A DNA stretch of 64,000 nt from Bigelowiella natans CCMP2755 (lineage: Eukaryota > Protista > Cercozoa): contig ADNK01000427.1 of the NCBI GenBank assembly GCA_000320545.1, positions 124,001 to 188,000 on the forward strand, in the 5' to 3' direction. This document shows, piece by piece, positions 1 through 13,438 of this stretch. Under the pieces are notes generated by a model. The model was not told the origin of the DNA. It did no database searches and was given only the letters and a program-made list of their open reading frames with translations. The position numbers were made by a program, and so were the translations under genes. Position 1 is the stretch's first letter; the number at the start of each line of letters is the position of its first letter.

Positions 1-158
1 ACGACGTGACCGGAGAAAAAAAATCACCTCAAAAGGGAAGGAAAGAGATGAATACTCGAATATTCCAGGTTCTTTCAGTCGCATGTTGTCGAATGGCCTG
101 CGTATGTTCTCAAATTTGGAAATTCAGCCATAACTCAGCTGGAAGCTTCGACGCGACG

Positions 159-795
159 ATGGCGAACGGCACAGACCTACTGGCTCTGCAGGTGCCATGA
201 AAGATGAACAAGGAAACAGGAGAACATCGCTCCTCTATAATTCCATAGAAATTTTCCATTCATGATGATACTCAAAAGGCCGAGTCCCAGAGGAGGGTTT
301 TGGTTTTCACGGTGTTCAGTCGCGATGGGTTGTTCAAATCGAAATGAAAGTCTCACAGCAGCGAGGGAGGACGGAAGAATTGCACATAAACATCTTCTCG
401 TTCCTCCTCTATCTGTTGTATTCATTTCGGTATCATCTCCACCTCTCTTTCGAACACCGGCGAATTACTCGCTTGCCAACCCTCCGCGATGGCGAAAAAC
501 AACAAATCGGTGAAGGTATTTGCGAGATACTGTTCTTCCAGTATACTCGCCCGTCTGAAGATTGGACACCATCGTCGTTGCCACCAATAAAATTTGTTCA
601 GTATCTTTCTTTAACGTTATCTTTTTTCGCATCCTCCTCCTCCTCCTCCTCCTCCTCCTCCTCCTCCTCCTCTCCTCCTCTCCTCCTCTTCGTGGGCATT
701 GTCATCTTCCACAGAATCTAGTACGGAGGGATCCACAGGGTTATTTAGAAGAGTTTCGCCAGCAATACCAGCACTTCAAATCCGCACTAGAGGTA

Positions 796-844
<49 letters not shown>

Positions 845-1460
845 CGAACGTTTTCTATCGAGACACCACATATCAACAACGTGAGCCTCGTTATAATACA
901 GGTATTCCGGCTCAAGCCTAGCGGTAGGGATGCAAAGCCCTTCTCAAAGCTTATCCGATTCCTCGCACATGTAATAACAATGCCGACCACGACTACTTTC
1001 TGAGAACAACAACGTTACGCATCACATAAAAGAAGAGACTTTCCTTTTCACCCCCCCCCTTTTAGACATATGTATGCATATGTTATGTTTTGCCCCCCCC
1101 CGCTCTCCTTTATTTTCTTTCAAGCAAACGCATTCTCTTCTGTCCTTCTCATAGAGAAAAGACACAGGCTCAGAACAAAACGTGTCTTCTCCTCAGCTGA
1201 ATAACCCTACTAATGCTGAACGCGCTCCTGCTTACAGGTTGCACCGTGCTACAAGAAGGAGGGCGAAGCGAGTGACTTCGCGCCACGTCTATTAGAGTAA
1301 GTTGTTGATGCGCTCTCCTATCACTATCATGCCACGATTACGTCCTCCTAACAACGGGTGGGTGAATGGATGGATCGGATGTATTATCAGATTAATGGAA
1401 CACCAGTATGAGGTTCTAGGAAAGGACCTTCGATCGATAATAGCCCAGGCCTTAATACAG

Positions 1461-1494
<34 letters not shown>

Positions 1495-2206
1495 AGACAG
1501 AAGGATATATGATCGATAAGTCTGCGATGTAAGCCATTCAGCACCTGCTCTTATTGGGGTGCGTGCGTGCGTGCGTATGTGTGTATTTGATTGTGCATGT
1601 GTGTGTGTGTGTGTGTGTGCGTGTGTTTTCTACCAGCTTTGTAACAGGGATATGGTGTCGAGATTCGAGCTCCTGCCAATTTTCTTCAAGCTCTTCCGGT
1701 CCTTTATTTGCCAACCTATAGACAGCAGCAGACGATGTGTTTTGCTTCAACATGAACTACTACTAACTACTACTCCTCTATTGCTACTCTATTATTACTC
1801 TCAGGTGTAAAGATAAAGCATTACGGAGTGTGATCTATTCTCATGTGGTAAGCACGCTCCCTCTCGAAGGTTTTTCACGCAGTGTGTTAAAAGGGTCTTG
1901 TTCAGGTGAATGATGTCGTGAGACTTAATCGCAAAGCAAAAGACCAGAAGATGAACAAGAAACTCCAGTCGTTTTTCCTCTCCATGCTCAAAGTAGTTGT
2001 GTTTTTATTGAAATCGGAATTTGTTTCTTGTCTTGAGATGATGCATACGTGTTGATGAAGGGTTCGCATGCCATGGGGGTAAAGAAGAGTCTGGATGTAA
2101 TTATTGACCTTTGGAGCAGAAAGGTACTGAAACCATTCATGCACGAATGATAGGCTGAGTACTTGCAGTTTATTTCATTACACAGTCTCACAAGCATTTG
2201 ATGCCC

Positions 2207-2280
<74 letters not shown>

Positions 2281-2675
2281 GCGCTTGGGGTCTTTGTGAT
2301 GAATGGGGAGGAGGGGGGGGGAGTGGCGACAGAGTTAAACTTAACTTCTTCTTCTTCTACTACCTCTACTAGATTTGGAATGATTCAAGAACAGTAAATG
2401 CGGTAGCTGATATGTGCTTCTCTCCGATTGCTAAGGTACAACCCTAAACGTAGCAGCAGCAGCAGCAGCGACAACGACGACGACGACGACAAGAACAACA
2501 CACCATTATTAGTGGATATATAACCATGATTGATACTATTGTGCACCAGGTTAAAGCGACGGCATGTAGATTCTTCCTCGGGCTTTTCGACTACAAGGAC
2601 GAAGAGTAACTACTACTACTACTACTACTACTACTACAGCATAATCGTATCGTTGCATTCCAGCAACGTTCGTCA

Positions 2676-2708
<33 letters not shown>

Positions 2709-3709
2709 AATTATCATTTTCATTATTACTATTATTACCCATACAGCAATTACAGCAAGAAACCGGAGGCCAGCGTACAGCTCAAAGACTTATACTGTCA
2801 GAATGCTAGCATTACTCATGTGAAAAGGTCATAAATGCAGCAGCAGCACACCAGTTCTTATAGCAAGTAGCTAGATAGTGTGGGTTTTGGCATCAAGCCT
2901 TACCTCGCCTCATTCACGGAGATTAATTGTGCTCAACTGCTGCTGCTGCTCTATATCATCTTTTCACAATGATGAGAGAACTATTTGTTTCAGGCGGAAG
3001 AAGCGACTGAGGAAAATGGAGAGAACAAAGAAAAAGATTGAGAAGTAATTTCAGTACTAATCGCAACCAAATTCGTTAAGTGGAATAACCTTATTTCATA
3101 CATTTGATTGGCTTGCCTTTTAAAAAAATTACTACTTTCCAGGATGTCACGCGAAGAAGAAGGAAATCAGCTAAGCTCCCTGGCTGCAATAGATCTGCTT
3201 TATGATCCACAGGTAACACACACACACACTACACAATGCACAAAGAATCGAAACAAAGTTTTGAATACTTTCGCGTCTCATGCGAATGTCTGTTTTAAGT
3301 CATTCTCGGAGCGGCTATTTTCACAACTGAAGAAATCCACCGACCCTTTCGAGCTTAGATTGCTGGTAAGTTCAAAATACCTCAAGAAGATGCCCCCCCC
3401 CCCCCCCCCCCCCACACGTTTTGCTCATCTTTTTCACAAACACGTCTGGTCAATATTTAGATGATGAACGTCATTTCGCGTTTGATCGGGGCTCACAGAT
3501 TGATAATTCTCAACTTCTACCCATTCCTTCAAAAGTAAGCAGGCAGCAGGAAATAGAGAAAGAAAGAAAGCATTGGTGAGAAGTGTCCACATCTGCTGAT
3601 AGTAGCTTTTATTAGGTATTTGCATGCTGGCCAGACGAGCGTGACCCGTATCTTAGCATACTTAGCTCAAGCCTCTCACTCCCTAGTTCCTCCGGAGGTA
3701 GTAGTATCA

Positions 3710-3781
<72 letters not shown>

Positions 3782-4283
3782 TGCGCGCGTGTTATGTGTT
3801 GATGAAGCAGTTTAATCATTTACTGTATTTGAAGTATCTCTTCCTTGATGATTCATAAGATTGTGTATGTACTACTGAATGGTGCTGGCAGGATCTTGAA
3901 CCTGTGATCAGGAGCCTTGCAGACAACTTCGTGTCGGACAGATCGTCTCCAGAAGTAAGTGATTCATCATCATCATCATCATCATCATCACGAACACACT
4001 AGTACTACTACTCCTGAACTTGCTTTCCTTTGACAGAATTTGAGAACGGTTCTAAAGTTAGGCCTTTGTTTCTCTTTCGTACCAACAGGTTATGGCAGTG
4101 GGCCTTAATGCTATACGAGAGGTGATTTGAATAGTGATAGTACTGGTGGTGGTAGTAGTAGAGGTGGTAGTAGTAGAGGTGGTAGTAGTAGTAGTAGTAG
4201 TAATAGTAGTAGCAACCCAAGAAGCAAATACAATGAATTGTGTTTCTTATTCTATTTTTCAATTGAAAGAGTAAATATCACTG

Positions 4284-4316
<33 letters not shown>

Positions 4317-4742
4317 TAACTACCCCTCCTCCTTTGCAGATAGCTGGCCGATGCCCTTTGGCCATGTCATCAGATCTCCTGCAAGACCTAGTTCAATACA
4401 AAACCTCAAAGGCAAAAGGGGTGGGTAACTAATTGCAGGGAAGAATATATATCATCATTTTAATTTAATTGCGACATTTTTGTTGGCCCCTGTGACGAAA
4501 TCTTGCTCGACCGACACCTTTAATTATTTGCAACTATTTATCGAGCAGTTGTTCCCCAACTACCACGAGCAGCCTCCTCCGCAGCATGGTATTGTAGTAA
4601 ATGGTGTTGTCTGTTTGCCCTCCATAGGTTATGATGGCTGCGCGATCACTGATTTCCACCTTTCGCATGGTTGATCCATCAAAACTTCACCGTAAGGATA
4701 GGGGCAAGAATGCATCTATGAACCCAAATAAACAGCGCGAGT

Positions 4743-4777
<35 letters not shown>

Positions 4778-4885
4778 ATAGTAGTAGTAGTAGTAGTAAT
4801 AGTAGCAGATCTCTATTTTGCCTTGTTGGTTGGTTTCTCTTCTCTTCTCTTACGTTGGCGAAGTCAACTGGTATCTATATGTATA

Positions 4886-4922
<37 letters not shown>

Positions 4923-5613
4923 GGCATTATTCAGATACGGGCAGGAGCACGATGAAGACGACGAAAAGTTGAAAGAGATGATGACAACAACGACGGTTAA
5001 GAAGGCCGGTGATGGTGCCCCCAGTGAGACTCCAGATCACCAGGAAGAACCTGCTAAAAAACAATTCACAAGAGTAAGATTCCTCACAGCAAAAGATTTC
5101 CACAAACTCAAGGTGGTTCTAATAGTAGCTGGAGAGGAGTCATTATCATCATCATTATCATCATCATCATCATGTAGGATGGTGAATCAATAAACTATTA
5201 ACCATAGTAATTCCTGACTGAAATCAATCATTTTCAGGTAATGCGCGAGCAGACCAGCGCGGGGAGAAAGCGTAGGCGGAGTCATGAAGAAAAAGACGAT
5301 GTACAGCCAGGCAGCAGCAACGATGTGGAGGAGCCTGATAACAGCGAAGAAGAAGATGATGATGATGAAGAAGAAATGGTTATTGAAGGAGGTCACGGTC
5401 ACATAAGGAACCAGATGCTGCCTCTCAATGTGGAAGTCAGTGTGCATATAATGTGTTAGTTGTGCGTAGTAGGTGTATGATATACGGAGGCCATAACCAA
5501 TCGTTTCTTTTTCTTGCTTCAGGAGGGGGCTGAGATCACGGAGGATGCGATTATCGGCTATGTTCCTAGAAAGAAGATGACAAAAGAGGTCAATATATCA
5601 ATATCAATATATG

Positions 5614-5646
<33 letters not shown>

Positions 5647-6239
5647 ATAAATCTGAATACCATACATACGATTTTAGATGATTAGTTCATTGCTGTTACA
5701 TATAATTCCATGTAGCAGTCAGTAGCCCATGATTGACATCTTACGCAGTCGAAAACCAAGAAGCACAACCAAACATTTAATGTTTGCTATCATCAGGAAC
5801 GGCGCGAGTGCGCGAAGGAAGGAAGGGAGGGAGTCCAGAAAAAGGTCGTTCAGAGTTATTCTTATTCCACACAATTTTGTAAGCGAAGAATAATACCTCA
5901 ATCACTTTTAATCCTACTATCAAATTGACCTCATTATTATTGTCCTTTTAGTGGGCAATGCGAAACCCAACTGGAACGACGAACAGGGAAAAACTGAAAA
6001 ACAAGCCATTCCTTCTAGCCAAACACAGCTCGAAGATCAGGAAGAAGAAGGTGCCATTCAATCATAAGATAATAAGTCAGTATCACAAATCTGGGTTGCT
6101 CTTGTTTGGAATAATCACAATTGTTGTTATCTTCCTCACACAGAACCTTTCATACAAAGAGCAGCAGCAGAAAACCTCGGCGCATATAAAGGGGCTCAAA
6201 AAATTGGCAAAGAAGCGGTTACGTTCGATGCGCGGCTAG
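159..6239 (+). CDS. SDA1: SDA1 (60S ribosome biogenesis factor), multi-exon
   Basis: Exon 1 (159-191) MANGTDLLALQ splices to NLVRRDPQGYLEEFRQQYQHF (from 715), matching the SDA1 N-terminus. Later exons include AAIDLLYDPQ/SFSERLF, QASHSLVPPE and CPLAMSSDLLQDLVQYK. The C-terminus is TGTTNREKLKNKPFLL...KKRLRSMRG, stop at 6239. Introns are GT-AG. Confidence 0.93.
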
Positions 6240-6868
6240 ACATACTTCTATGCAATTATTACGCTACTGTGCTGTTGGGTGTAGAATATGTCGTCATCAT
6301 GATCGGAGCAATGAATATGTACAACAACTGTGTGCACGCAATAACGTGACAGGCGTTATTATTATAATTATCTCATTGCTGTATGTCGCCAGCCGCCACT
6401 GCTGCTGTTATTACTTAGAAATTTGTGCTTGCATGCTGAGATACGTATGCGCTGCATTTATACAGACACACAGCCCTACCTTAGCCTTATGTGGCGCAGG
6501 TAATGAGTGTTGCAGCGCATAGAGATCTAGACATATCATTGCGGTAGATGAAACGTATCATCGGATGCCTAGAGTCTTCGATTAGCAGGTAAAACAGTAT
6601 ATTTCGCATCATTCTGATGAGCTAGCTGAGCATGAGTGTGCTCGTCTCGCTCCGGTTACGTTCATCCTACTTTTTCTATTTATCTGTCAAAGCAAGGCTA
6701 TTTCTACATAGAGCGTGCAGAACTTGGGAACATACATAGGCTAAAATTGGTCTTATTCAGTTTGTGCTGCTACTACTAGCTAGCTACTAGAGCTATAGCG
6801 TGCGTGGAGTGAATTGCTTTGGCATGTGATGCGGAATTGAAGTCTTTCTCGCATCGTCGTCACCCGAT

Positions 6869-7917
6869 TCACTTTTTAACTAAATTTAGCACCTCATCTA
6901 CCATCAAACCGACATTATCAAAAACTTCATGTGGACTTGCGTCGCACATGTAAGCAGCAGAAGTAACAACAAGGTTCTTCTTGTCAACGTGGGCTTCTTT
7001 CATTCCCTAAATATTTAAATTGAATATTCGTGAGACATGGCTGCATCCTTGGAAATCAGGTTGCATTACCGTGACAATGTGGTGCGCACCAAAGTTGCTT
7101 ATAGCTTCTGCAGCTCCAGAGTGGGGCCATTGTTTTCCCTCCTTGCATTCTTCTACATCTGATCCTACTGTAAGCTCAAGATTGGGGATAGACTTTCCAA
7201 GGGCCTTAGCTGCAAGAACTGGAGCAATGCAACACAGCCCTATAGGTTTTTGGGCTGAATAATGGGGTATTAGATTTATCATAAGGATTTCATATGAAAG
7301 GCAGTACCCTCGGAGAACTTCTCGAGAATCAACTTCACTTTTGGTTGAATACCGCAATCCATTCCCATCGTCGCAAACGTTGATAAGTTTTTGGCTGCGC
7401 CAAAGCCACCTAATCCACCAAAATTAGGACATAAGGAGATGAGATACCAACGATTATATCATTTAGTTCAGAGAGACTAACCAGGGAAAATAACTGCATC
7501 AAAGTCGTTGACATCGAGCATATCCAGAGGTTCAATCTGTCCCCGAGTTATCCTCGCGCTTTCGGTCAGAACATTGCGCTTCTGCTTAATTTCTTCTCCA
7601 TTCGTGTGATCTATAACGTGCATCTACAAAAGATGGTGCATGTGATTGTGGGGATGGAATGATAGAACCAATGTACCTACCTGTGGTTGGAAGGGTGCAA
7701 AGTTCTTTACCTTCACCCCAGCCCGTGAAAGATGCACGAGGGTGGCCACAGCTTCGGTGACCTCAGATCCATCGTAGACACCACATCCCGAAAGTATCAC
7801 AGCTATGTTTTTTTGATCCGAATGAACTGCAGACAATCGTCGGATGCGAAAGCGGACGGAGGGGGCAGGCCGCCTCCGCCTGAATCCGAGCGTGCGCATC
7901 ACCATCCGATTGAGCAT
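6869..7917 (-). CDS. ES1/GATD3 (ElbB-like) DJ-1/class I glutamine amidotransferase-like protein with an Arg-rich mitochondrial-type leader
   Basis: Motifs [57 protein letters not shown] and [10 protein letters not shown]. Introns are short GT-AG; stop TGA at 6869-6871. Confidence 0.9.
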
Positions 7918-8144
7918 CGTCCTTTTTGAGTTATTATTATTTCTAGTATTATCGTCGTGAATTGGTTGTCGCGCATAAAAATTATCCTCAAAAAATCAAA
8001 ATACCAATAAACTTGGGAAATTTGCCTAATTTCATCCAGAATGGTCGAAAAATCAAAGATAATTGGCAATTGTTGTGTCCGAGGGCTGCCCTCATATTCC
8101 AGCACTCTAACTTCGTCACCTTAGACTTGAGGAGTGAAGAAGCA

Positions 8145-9035
8145 ATGGGACAGAGCGCTTGCAAAATGAATGAGGTGCCAGCCTCATCCGACCATGAAGA
8201 CAATTTGGAAAAGATTGAACGATTGAAGGAAGAGGTGGCAAAAGCAAATGCGGCTAAAGAGGCGGCAGAGAAACGCTACGAGACGCTTAAGGATCAGCGT
8301 GAAGCGTTGGAAAAGGAAAAGTCTAAGGAAAGCGAAGGAGCTGAAGTTATTAAAAATGCAGAAAAGAAATCAAGTAAAGTATATGCTGAGCTCAAACAGA
8401 TAAGACAGAATCTTGAAGACAGCAAAAAGAAGGCGTTGGCTCTCGGACAACAAATTACACTTCTTACGAACATTTCCACATGGAGCGTCCTACCCAAGTG
8501 TCCCAAGACCCTCATCGAAGGAACTTCGATCTTCAGAGTGCAGGTCAAAGACGCAGCAATCTCGACATCAAAGTTAAAATCAGTCAGCGATGTTCTTTCG
8601 GCTACTGACTCGAAGGATGTTGCGAACGACGTACACGTCGTGGTGGTGGTTGTAGATGAGAAAGGACAGGTGTTGGGGCAGGCCTACCGGACCCCTAAAG
8701 GAAACCTACTTGCACCTCTTTACATCATATGCCCGAGTAGTGAAGATGAGAAGAAAAAGATTAAGGCCGGCAAGCGGTTCATTTTTTTCCAGATTAAACA
8801 TGAGAAAATGAAGCAAGATTTTGGGAAGATGAGCACTCGATGTTTTGCATTCCACAACTTTGCCAAGCCCTCACTTGACGGTAAAAATTTATCTCTACAA
8901 CTATTCAAGAAGCCTACTGACTTCACTAGGGATCCAAACAATTTGGTTCCACATGGGAAGGACAACTTAGATGTCATTCTCACAGAATTACACGGAACGG
9001 AGGATCACGTTCTCCCTGATTCCTATGTTCATTAA
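8145..9035 (+). CDS. AIDA-type C2 domain protein with an N-terminal acylation motif and coiled coil; intronless
   Basis: The ORF starts MGQSAC at ATG 8145 and continues as a K/E/A-rich coiled coil. The C-terminal FIFFQIKHEK...STRCFAF...LQLFKKPTDF matches the AIDA-C2 signature IFFEFKHYK...STKCFAF...ELYKKPTDF. Confidence 0.8.
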   Translation: MGQSACKMNEVPASSDHEDNLEKIERLKEEVAKANAAKEAAEKRYETLKDQREALEKEKSKESEGAEVIKNAEKKSSKVYAELKQIRQNLEDSKKKALALGQQITLLTNISTWSVLPKCPKTLIEGTSIFRVQVKDAAISTSKLKSVSDVLSATDSKDVANDVHVVVVVVDEKGQVLGQAYRTPKGNLLAPLYIICPSSEDEKKKIKAGKRFIFFQIKHEKMKQDFGKMSTRCFAFHNFAKPSLDGKNLSLQLFKKPTDFTRDPNNLVPHGKDNLDVILTELHGTEDHVLPDSYVH

Positions 9036-9354
9036 AATGAGCATGAACTGAATCAAAATCTCAATGTACAATTAATAACAACATATCAATTGAAAAACGA
9101 TTATGGTCAAGATTCTACTTAAAGTAAGAGATTGGCAGGCGCTTCGACGGATTGTTCGGAATTTATGACAAAAAAGAACAGAAATTACAAGATGCTGCAT
9201 CGCATACTACTGGCAATCTTCGAACACCATAATTGTCGCTCCGAGCGATGGTATTTGCTGGAGATTTCAGTGCTAGATCGAATATTAGCTTGGTATGACG
9301 AGCTTTTGTGGTTACATTTCACCAATTCTTGTCAACTGTATGCAACTGATCGTT

Positions 9355-9632
9355 TCAGTGAATAGCAGTAGGGGATTCTTTGAGGCGATCATATGTTTCA
9401 GCGAACACTTTCTTCATGAAAGTAATCAAGCATTCCTTGGGCCATGCTAGCATGTTTAGTTCTTTGCTGTTTTTGGGACGATTTGTACGAACTAATTTCA
9501 CGAGGTCTTTTGCATGTCCAGACATAGCTAGATAGACATGTTTGTTTTTCATCGATGCCTAGGCACTAGGCATGTTGGCAAGTTGTTCCCACTTGTCGTA
9601 GACTCCATTGTGAAACAATTGTAAATACATCA
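9355..9632 (-). pseudogene. Possible decayed retrotransposon gag fragment
   Basis: Reads MYLQLFHNGVYDKWEQLANMPSA*ASMKNKHVYLAMSGHAKDLVK...WPKECLITFMKKVF with an in-frame TAG. The spacing resembles Ty3-type capsid helices. Recognised by eye only. Confidence 0.3.
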
Positions 9633-10012
9633 TCCAGATCATGCGAACTATTAGATGACAGTCTAACGCGCTGCTGCGATTCATATCTCGTACCGTACCG
9701 TACGTACTAGCATACACCAGTGCTACCTAGCTAGCTAGTTCTAGTAGTTACTGTGCATGGGCGACGCGAACACATGGCAGCAATAGAATAGGTTCTGCGG
9801 GCGCAGGTTCGCAGCAGTCTATCCAATAACGGCTACATACATACTATAAGTACAACCAACGTGCATATATGGCTCACATATCATTTTGTCAGTCGTCGCA
9901 TGATAAGTACTAGAGTACTTCAGTTTTCTAGTATTACAATTAGGAACGCAGCAACGATGTTATGCAAAGCATGATGAGCAGATCGAAGGCGACACGTACG
10001 ATGATTACTAGA

Positions 10013-12002
10013 TTAACCAAGCGCCTCTACAACTATGGATATTGTCACAAAAATAACCCACAGGAAAAAGAATAAGAATCCAAGAGGCTTGCTCAACTTC
10101 CAGCCCAACATCGATATCGAGCCGATGACACAAAACAACATAGCAAACAACAATACTAGAGATATTAGTAGCCCATTGGTACCCACTTCTATGGATGAGC
10201 CATTGATGAGAGTAAACAAGAACCAAGGCAACGGCAAACCAATGGTCACATCAAAGATATTCGAACCGAGGCTTGACGAAATTGCCATGTCCCCTCTGCC
10301 TTCTCTCGTTACAATGATGCTTTCCAGGAGATCTGGAACCGAAGTTCCAATTGCAAGTATGGTAAGACCAGTAATCTGAGAAGGTATTCGGAGTGCAATG
10401 CTGAGGGATGTCGCCCACCATACCATGAAATAAGAAAATACAGCGATCCATCCTACACTGGCAAGGAATGCAGCTATGTAGTAGTCACGGCGTCCCTCTC
10501 TGCGGACATCAGGGATGGTATAGTATAGCGAATATGTCAAAGGTGCTAAAAGAACGTAAGACACTTGTTTTCCTTTGGAACTTGGCCATTCAAGACTCAT
10601 AGGATCATCATCGTCATCATCATCTTGTGCCTCTTCATCCATATTCCGGTCTCTCATTTCCTGCATTTCTTTTCTTTTCTTCGTTTCGGATCGTGAGATA
10701 GCGTTACTCAGCAAAGGTGCCTCTATAGAGTCGTGCACTACGTCTTCAGGTCTGGCCATGGCGATCAAAACAATATCCGACATCGAAGCTTTTTTTGTAG
10801 ACCTGAGTCGATTGTCAGTCCTCCTTCCACGAACTCTTCGAATGATATATCTGCACACAGCTTGCCATTTTGCTTTTGCTGTTATTTCGTTTTTATTTTT
10901 AAGCTTTAGAACTCTTCTGCTCGTGAAAAAGTCATGAAGACCGAAATGCATTCGCTGACTGCTTTTCCTACTTCTGCCGACAACTTCGTTAACATCCTCC
11001 TTCTCTGCAAGAGTGCCATTCTCCTCATCAACACGGTCTGGCATTTTTTTCATTTCCACTTCTTGTGTAGATTCAGCTTTTTCTGCCTGGTCCTCCATTT
11101 GTATTCCAAGAAAGCCCTTTACCCAGATCTCCATTTCACGATTGTAGTACATCAAGACAACATACAGGAGGTACAGGCTAAGCATGATGGCAGCTTCCCA
11201 GACCTCAATTTCTCTGTCGTTGAAGAAAGCAATGAGTACTCCGAGAGAAATTGCATAGCAAACAGAATCGCGTGCGAGAGGCCAAGCTGTGAGCCTTTGG
11301 TTTATCCAAAATTTTATATGAGAATACGGAATTATTTGGAAAATAAAAATAATTTACTTCAAATCTGTTTTCGCTGCCATTGCACAAGCACCGATAACGA
11401 AGAGGATATTGAAAACAGCAGAGCCAACAATGGTACCAAATCCGACATCGCTTCGACTCACGAAAGTACCCACAAATGAGGTGGCTAACTCTGGGGCAGA
11501 ACCTCCTGCTGCCATGAATGTTGCTCCAGCGACATCATCCTGTAAATCAAAATTACTGATGAGAAATAACCCAGTTTGTCGAAAATATCAACCTGTAGAT
11601 CTAAGCGGCTTGAAATAACTTCCAATGTAGGCACGAAGAACTCGTCACAGACCAACGCTAACGCCGCAAACATGTACACGATGCCGATAGTGTGCAAGAT
11701 TATGGCCCCATTGCTTCGTTCATTTTCACTGAACAGATCTGGAGGATAGTTTGCAAGCTCTTCATTGGACTCTTCCAAGATCCGACGATTATGAGAGGTT
11801 GTAGTTCCTAAGTGAGAGCGACATGGCATGCAAATTACATTTTAAGTCACGGTGAGAAGAAAGTCAGTTGCATCATACAACCCTGTCTTTCGCTCCGAGC
11901 TTCATTCTGCCAGGTCACCGATGTAGCTACCAACGCTAAAATAAGACAGAAGGCAGCAACAAGTCGGGAAAATCGTAGCCGTCGTTTTGTGATGAACACC
12001 AT
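10013..12002 (-). CDS. K+-dependent Na+/Ca2+ exchanger (NCKX/SLC24 family)
   Basis: Alpha-1 repeat region [16 protein letters not shown]...[15 protein letters not shown]...[13 protein letters not shown]. Alpha-2 repeat [14 protein letters not shown]...[15 protein letters not shown]. There is an N-terminal hydrophobic signal. Start is 12002 or, alternatively, 12089. Confidence 0.93.
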
Positions 12003-12459
12003 TGCCTCGTTGGGACTTATGAAGTAAAGCCTCGATCCGATAGAGAGTTCAATTAAGATTGAAAAAACAGTTCGACTTTTCGGCAACATGGGAGAAAATT
12101 ACACCTTTAGACGATTCAACGTAAGACGTAGCGCAATTCACTCCTGAATTCCTTTGCCACTGTTAGTTGTGTGCGGAGATCTCGAAGATCAAACAGCAAG
12201 TACACTCCTACTGAATACTAGAAAATAAGATTTGGGTATTTGCTGCACAATGCTCCATATACTGCATATTTGCCCTCCAAAAGGGATGAGCGACAAAGAA
12301 AAAATACCCTAAATCCTGAGCAGCTGGACGAAGAATTAAAATAGCTTCCCGAATTTTTCAGGAATTTTTCATTTAAGAATTGTTCGAAAGTATGACTTTG
12401 CCAAAAAGGCCATATAAATTATATTACGACACGCAACTATTCTAACATTATAATTTAAA

Positions 12460-13400
12460 TGTCTCGCATCGACGCATTGGTTGATTCGCTGATGGAAGAT
12501 TAAATCTGAAATTGATCGATTTCCCTGCAGCCAAGCAAGCTAGTGGCCAACCCTAAGCTGAAAAAGTGACAACAACGGCACCAAGACGTATCCAGGACGG
12601 CAGAGCGCTCCCACCACCAACCCAGCTCGAGCACAGCACAAATACACTCACGTGTGCCCCCCGCTCCTTAGGGGTCAGTGGAAAGTTGTATTTTCTTTCA
12701 ATATGTTGGTTACATGGCTCATCTGCAACTTGTGTTGTCCTCACTCAGTCTCGGAGATAAGCGTCCACACATCGAATTTCGAAACTTAATTTGAGACTAC
12801 CAATTGAAACCAGTAGATGGAGTCTCTACCCATTCTGCTTTTCCAGGAAGCAACACGATTGGGTAAATCTGACAGGAGAGTAGGGAAAATAGGTGCAGCA
12901 CTCACTCACTCCGTCTGTGTTTAGGTGTACGTGTTGCTCGTAGCAATGGAAAGGCTGGTTTCGGCATTTTAGTGAGGACCTCGAGGGTGTCTCAAGCCAC
13001 CCTCACTCGCTACCGCTGTCTTACCCTGCAGACGGCGCCTAGGACGAAGAGATTCGCAAGGCCATCATCGTTCTCTACAACTCCAGCTCCCAATGTGATA
13101 ATAAACTACTCTTTCTCGTTCTTCTAAACCTCAGCTGATTACGGACGTTGTGTAGCAGAACAACCGCCCCGAAGATGATAATTCAGAAGGGAAAGCAAAA
13201 GCGGTCGTAGGAGACACCACGAGCAGCCAAGCTGCAACTTCCTCAGGTTCCACAACAACATCTGAAAGCAGCAGCAAGTCTGCGTCAGAGTACTGGCGTC
13301 AGGACTACAAGACTGAGTTCTCCACTGAAGAACTCCTGCAGGTCAAAATTTGAATTTACAACAAATCACTTATCAGCAGACGATCCGTGGCCAGTCGGAA

Positions 13401-13438
<38 letters not shown>

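Noticed and set aside
489-590. Alternative ATG (MAKNNKSVK) as the SDA1 start
   Set aside because: The upstream exon MANGTDLLALQ splices in frame to NLVRRDP and restores the family motif.
192-714. Box C-like ATGATGA (262) in SDA1 intron 1, suggesting an intronic snoRNA
   Set aside because: The nearest CTGA D box is about 290 nt away, and I see no terminal stem or recognisable rRNA antisense element.
7962-8144. 61-aa N-terminal extension of the 357-aa ORF
   Set aside because: It begins at a non-ATG codon and spans the AT-rich divergent promoter. ATG 8145 gives a plausible MG start.
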